64,000 nucleotides of DNA from contig MGUG01000048.1 in NCBI GenBank assembly GCA_001799845.1, positions 74,944 through 138,943 on the forward strand, written 5' to 3'. The translations under genes were made by a program, and so were the position numbers. The first letter of the stretch is position 1; each line of letters starts with the position of its first letter. Below the pieces are notes generated by a model. It had not been told where the DNA came from. It did not search any database and saw only the letters and a program-made list of their open reading frames with translations. The stretch comes from Elusimicrobia bacterium GWC2_64_44. Lineage in GTDB: Bacteria; Elusimicrobiota; Elusimicrobia; Elusimicrobiales; UBA9959. Of the stretch, positions 60,113 through 64,000 are shown in pieces.

Positions 60113-63100
60113 ATGAACGAGAATTTCGACGAATCCTCCCTCAACGAGGCCGCCATTAACGACGTGGAAACGGCCCGCCTGGCCCTGCGCTGGTCGCTGG
60201 ACAAGATCCGCGCCCTGCACGAGGAAGACCTCAAGACCCGCCAGAACCTGCAGGAAAAGAACAGCCAGGTGGCTTTCCTCGAGAACCAGCTGAAGTCCAA
60301 GAACACCGAGATAGACCGCTCCACCCGCGTGCACGAGGAGGAGATGAAGTCCCGCCAGTCGTCGATGGAATACCAGTTCCGCGCGCGCCTGGAGCGCCTG
60401 ACCGAGCGCGAGAAAGAGCTGGAAGACAAGATCTCCAAGAACGAGGAGGTGCTCAAGCAGAAGGAGCTCCGCCTCGACTCCGATTACCAGAAGAAGGCGG
60501 AAGACCTCCGCGGCCGCTGGGCCAGCGTGGAGGGGGAACTGTGGCAGCTGCGCCAGGAGCAGCTGGCCAAGCAGCAGGAGTTCGAGCGCGTCTACGGCGC
60601 CCGCCTGGAAGAAGAGAAGAAAAGATTTTCAGAGGAAGCCGCCCAGCAGAAGTCCATGCTGGAGGAGACCTACCGCAACCGCGTGGAGGAGCTCGAGAAG
60701 CGCGAGCGCTCCGTCAGCGACGAGCTCAAGAAGCAGGAGGCCGTGCTGAAGTGGGCCAAGGACAGCTGGCAGAAGGACACCGAGGAGCGCGAGCGCGTCC
60801 TGAAGCAGAAAGACCTGGAGATAGACAAAAAGATCCTGGAGAAGAACCAGGAGATCGACGATTACAAGGTCAAACTTTCGCTGCTCGAGAAGCAGCTCAA
60901 GGACCTGCCCGAGGCGGTCAGGCGCCGCGACGAGGACCTGAACCGCTACAAGGACGCGATCGGCAGCCTGGAAAGCGTCATCCGCACCTTGGAGAACGAG
61001 AAGAAGAACCAGCAGGCCGACTACGAGGGCCGCCTCTCCAAGGCGGGCGAGGCGGTAGAGCACGAACGCTCCCGCTTCCGCGAGATGGAGGCCGAGATCC
61101 CGCGGCGTCTGAAGATCGCCGTAGAGCACGAGCGCAACCGTTTTTCCGAGAAGCTGCAGGAGATCGAGCGCGGCTACCGCGACGACCTGGGCAAGCGCCA
61201 GGACGAGGTGGACTATCTGCAGCGCAACCTGCACACTTTCGAGGAGACCATAAAGACCCTGCAGGCCGAGCGCGAGACCATGGCGCACAAGGCCGACCAG
61301 CTGCAGACGCAGTATAACGTGCGGCAGGAGGAATTCTCCTTCCGCGAGAAGCAGCTGCAGTCCGAGTACGACGTGCGCCTCAAGGTGGAGATGGAGAAGC
61401 ACACCGCCGCGCTGCGCTCCGAGATAGAGACCGCCGGCCGCATCTACGAGGACAGCCTCCGCCTGAAGGTGGAGGAGATCTCCCACCTGCGCCGCGACAT
61501 CGACGAGATTTCCAAGGAAAAGACCGCTGCCAAGGACCAGCAGGCCGAGCTGCGCCGCCAGCTCGAGGCCGCCGCCGAGCGCGGCGTCTCCGAGCAGGAC
61601 GCGCTGCGGGCCAGGCTGAAAGCCGAGAGCGAGCAGCGGCTGGCCGAGGCCGCCGCGCACGCCGAGCGGACACGCGCCGCCGAGAAGCAGAAATTCGCCG
61701 ACGAGCTCGACGGCCGCGCCGGCGAGTTCAAGGCCGAGGTCGCCCGCAAGGACGACGAGATCATGGCCCTGCGCCTGTCGGTCCAGAAGGCCGGCGAGGA
61801 GCAGCGCATGCTGCGCCAGAAGGCCGGCGAAGAGCTGAAGGCCGCCGTGCAGGAAGAAAAAGCCCGCGCCGCCGCCGAGCTGGAGGACCGGGCCTCGCGC
61901 CTGGCCGCCACCATCAAGCTGCGCGACGACAAGATCTCCGAGCTCACCTCCGCCCTCGAGGCGGCCAGGATAGAGCGCGAGGAGCTGATGCTGCTGGAGC
62001 GCGAGCGCCTGCAGCGCATCTACGCCGAGAAAGAAAAAGCTATAGACGAGGAGCTGGCCGCCCGCGACGCCGAACTGCTGCGGGCCCGCGAGGCCGCAGC
62101 CCGCGCCGGCGCCGAGAAGGACGCCGCGGCGCACGCCTTCGCCGCGGACCGCCGCAACCTGGAAGAAAAGCTTACCGCCCTCACCGTGCGGCTGACCGAA
62201 GAGGAAGCCGCGGCCGGGGTGAAGCTGGACGCCGCGCTGCGCCGCGAAGCGGACCGCTACGCCGAGATCATAGACCGCAAGAACAAGGAGCTGGAGGCGG
62301 CGGCGCAGGTGCGCCAGTCGCAGGAAGACGCCTACCGCAAAACGCTGGCCGATTTCCGCTCCAACTTGTCCGAAGCGCTTGGCAAGTTCGAAGCGCTGAA
62401 GGCCACCGCCGAAGAGCGGCAGGCGCAGCTGATGGCCCTGCAGGTAGAACTGGCCCAGGAGAAGAAGCAGGCCGGCGAGCTGGGGTCTTCGCTCTCCGCG
62501 CGCCTCTCCGAGAAGGAAAAACTTTACCGCGACCTCCGCCTGCAGCACGACGACCTCAAGGAGGCCTTCGAAGAGGAAGTGAAGACCGCCGAGCGCCGCT
62601 ACAACGACGCCCTGCTGAAGCTGCGAGCGGCCGAGGAGCAGAAGGCCGCCCGCGACAAGCAGATAGAGGCCTTCAAGCGCGACGGCGACCTGCTGCGCGC
62701 CGAGAACCAGCGCCGCGAGCACGAGGCGGCCGAGCTGAAAGCCTCAGTTTCCAAGCAGGTGGAGACCGAGCGCCGCGAGATGCACGCCTCCGGCGAGCGC
62801 CGCGCGCACGAGTACGCCCAGAAGGAAAAGTCCCTGCTCTCCGAGATCTCCGCGCTGCGCGACATCGCCAACGCCAAGGACGTCATGCTGGAGAAGCAGA
62901 AGGTCCAGTTCGAGGAAGCCCGCAACAGCGCCGAGCGCCTGAAGGCCGCCCTGGAAGAAGAGCGGGCCCGCCAGACCGAGGCTGAGGCAGACCGCTCCCT
63001 CCGGTACGAGGAATACGACGAACGCCTGGCCGCCACGGCCGAGCGTGAGAAAGCGCTGTCCGGCGAGATCCTGGCGCTGAAGAAAACGCTGTCGGATATA

Positions 63101-63763
63101 ACGGCGGAGGCCATGTCGGGCAAGTCCAACTCCGAGGTTCAGCGCGTCACCCTGGAGCGCTTGGCCGCTGCTTTCGAGGTAGAAAAGGCCAAGCGCGCCG
63201 AAGCCGAGGCTGCGGCCCTCTCCGCCAGCTCCGCGCTGCGCGAGAAAGCCTCCGAGGCCGACACCCGTAAGGCCGAAACAGAATCTCTGATCGGCGCCAT
63301 CGGGCGCCTGAAGACCGCCTTTACCGAGGAACGCAAGAAGCGCGCCGACGCCGAGCTGCAGGCAGAAACTGCCCAGGCCGCGCTGCGCGAGAAAGGCGAC
63401 CTGCTGGAGAACCGCAGGTCCGAGTCCGAAGGGCTCCGCACGTCAGCGGAACGCCTGAAGGCGAACCTCGACGAGGAGAAGCGTCGCCGCGCGGAAGCCG
63501 AACTGGCCGCCACCACCGCCCGTTCCGAACTCCACGAAAAAGCCGAAGACCTCAACGGCCGCCGCGCCGACATAGACGCCCTGCGGCACGCCATCGAGCG
63601 GCTCAAGCACGCCTTCGAAGAGGAGCGCGCCAAGCGCGTCGAGAGCGAGCTGCTGGCGCAGACCGCCCATTCCGCCCTGCGCGAGAAACAGGAAGAGTTC
63701 CTGCGCACCCAGAAACTTGTAGAACAACTTAAGGATAAGCTCCGGCTATGGAAGAGCAAGTAA
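60113..63763 (+). CDS. Giant coiled-coil protein (1216 aa), no signal peptide
   Basis: Heptad-like, E/K/R/L/A-rich sequence throughout, with no NTPase motifs seen. The C-terminal 49-aa tandem repeats follow the pattern RLKxAFxEE+x+RxEAELxAxTAxSALREK. Confidence 0.75.
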   Translation: MNENFDESSLNEAAINDVETARLALRWSLDKIRALHEEDLKTRQNLQEKNSQVAFLENQLKSKNTEIDRSTRVHEEEMKSRQSSMEYQFRARLERLTEREKELEDKISKNEEVLKQKELRLDSDYQKKAEDLRGRWASVEGELWQLRQEQLAKQQEFERVYGARLEEEKKRFSEEAAQQKSMLEETYRNRVEELEKRERSVSDELKKQEAVLKWAKDSWQKDTEERERVLKQKDLEIDKKILEKNQEIDDYKVKLSLLEKQLKDLPEAVRRRDEDLNRYKDAIGSLESVIRTLENEKKNQQADYEGRLSKAGEAVEHERSRFREMEAEIPRRLKIAVEHERNRFSEKLQEIERGYRDDLGKRQDEVDYLQRNLHTFEETIKTLQAERETMAHKADQLQTQYNVRQEEFSFREKQLQSEYDVRLKVEMEKHTAALRSEIETAGRIYEDSLRLKVEEISHLRRDIDEISKEKTAAKDQQAELRRQLEAAAERGVSEQDALRARLKAESEQRLAEAAAHAERTRAAEKQKFADELDGRAGEFKAEVARKDDEIMALRLSVQKAGEEQRMLRQKAGEELKAAVQEEKARAAAELEDRASRLAATIKLRDDKISELTSALEAARIEREELMLLERERLQRIYAEKEKAIDEELAARDAELLRAREAAARAGAEKDAAAHAFAADRRNLEEKLTALTVRLTEEEAAAGVKLDAALRREADRYAEIIDRKNKELEAAAQVRQSQEDAYRKTLADFRSNLSEALGKFEALKATAEERQAQLMALQVELAQEKKQAGELGSSLSARLSEKEKLYRDLRLQHDDLKEAFEEEVKTAERRYNDALLKLRAAEEQKAARDKQIEAFKRDGDLLRAENQRREHEAAELKASVSKQVETERREMHASGERRAHEYAQKEKSLLSEISALRDIANAKDVMLEKQKVQFEEARNSAERLKAALEEERARQTEAEADRSLRYEEYDERLAATAEREKALSGEILALKKTLSDITAEAMSGKSNSEVQRVTLERLAAAFEVEKAKRAEAEAAALSASSALREKASEADTRKAETESLIGAIGRLKTAFTEERKKRADAELQAETAQAALREKGDLLENRRSESEGLRTSAERLKANLDEEKRRRAEAELAATTARSELHEKAEDLNGRRADIDALRHAIERLKHAFEEERAKRVESELLAQTAHSALREKQEEFLRTQKLVEQLKDKLRLWKSK
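63158..63745 (+). repeat. In-frame 147-bp (49-aa) tandem repeats x4 in the coiled-coil gene
   Basis: The repeat-initial Arg codons of RL(A/K)... are at 63158, 63305, 63452 and 63599, exactly 147 nt apart. A more divergent copy starts at 62936. Confidence 0.85.
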
Positions 63764-64000
63764 GCCACATAAGCGACCTGGAAGGTCTTAACTCCGAACT
63801 GGATGGTTTCCTCGCCGACCTGCACGGCCGCGAGGAGACCCTGGCCGCGCGCGTCAAGACGCTCGAAGAAGAGCTGAAGGGCGCCCGCGCCTCGGCCGGC
63901 GCGGAGCTGGGCCGCCTGGCGCAGAAGGAAGCCGCCCTCTCTTCCGCCATGGAAGACCTGCGCACCACGCTGGCCCGCGAGAGCTCCGCGGCGGTGTCGC
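63748..64000 (+). CDS. Second coiled-coil protein, N-terminal part (runs off the window end)
   Basis: Absent from the track because it has no stop in the window. The ATG at 63748 overlaps the end of the previous gene by 16 nt. The translation MEEQVSHISDLEGLNSELDGFLADLHGREETLAARVKTLEEELKGARASAGAELGRLAQKEAALSSAMEDL... is coiled-coil-like. Confidence 0.55.
   Translation, partial: MEEQVSHISDLEGLNSELDGFLADLHGREETLAARVKTLEEELKGARASAGAELGRLAQKEAALSSAMEDLRTTLARESSAAVS

Overview
Densely coding, high-GC bacterial chromosomal window (roughly two-thirds G+C by eye). I found no rRNA, CRISPR array, transposase, integrase or prophage genes. I call about 60 CDS and one tRNA-Leu(UAA). Many long ORFs in the track are antisense shadows or 5' over-extensions typical of GC-rich DNA, and I trimmed or ignored them. 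Housekeeping genes (phoH, glgC, thyX, mazG, eno, phosphohexomutase, lgt, rluD-like, metG, holB, tmk, nrdJ, psd/pssA, kbl/tdh, GH57 branching enzyme) surround two accessory islands. Island 1 (about 11.5-21.2 kb, + strand) is a complete bacterial microcompartment (BMC) locus. It has 2 BMC-H, 2 BMC-T and 3 BMC-P shell genes, an acylating aldehyde dehydrogenase, PduL and a PduS-like flavo-FeS protein. The only candidate signature enzyme is a deoxyribose-phosphate aldolase with a roughly 100-aa N-terminal extension (encapsulation-peptide-like helix plus Cys cluster). TpiA, RpiB and an outer-membrane beta-barrel gene are embedded in the locus. This looks like the bioinformatically defined but experimentally uncharacterised sugar-phosphate-utilising (SPU) BMC class. 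Both BMC-H genes are preceded by exactly 180-nt hairpin-dense spacers, while every other junction in the locus is 69 nt or less. Island 2 (about 49.8-64 kb, + strand) starts with a compact sigma-54-like factor, a PAS histidine kinase and an NtrC-type activator that are translationally coupled. These are followed by TTCCACAG palindromes and a correctly spaced -24/-12 promoter. That promoter precedes a 1061-aa secreted fibre protein with nested tandem repeats and a low-GC C-terminal domain. Downstream are an FN3/FlgD-Ig-like-CTD protein, a PorV/FadL-like beta-barrel fused to a coiled coil and LysM, a 1216-aa coiled-coil protein and a further coiled-coil ORF running off the window. All functional calls rest on motif recognition by eye; no database search was possible.
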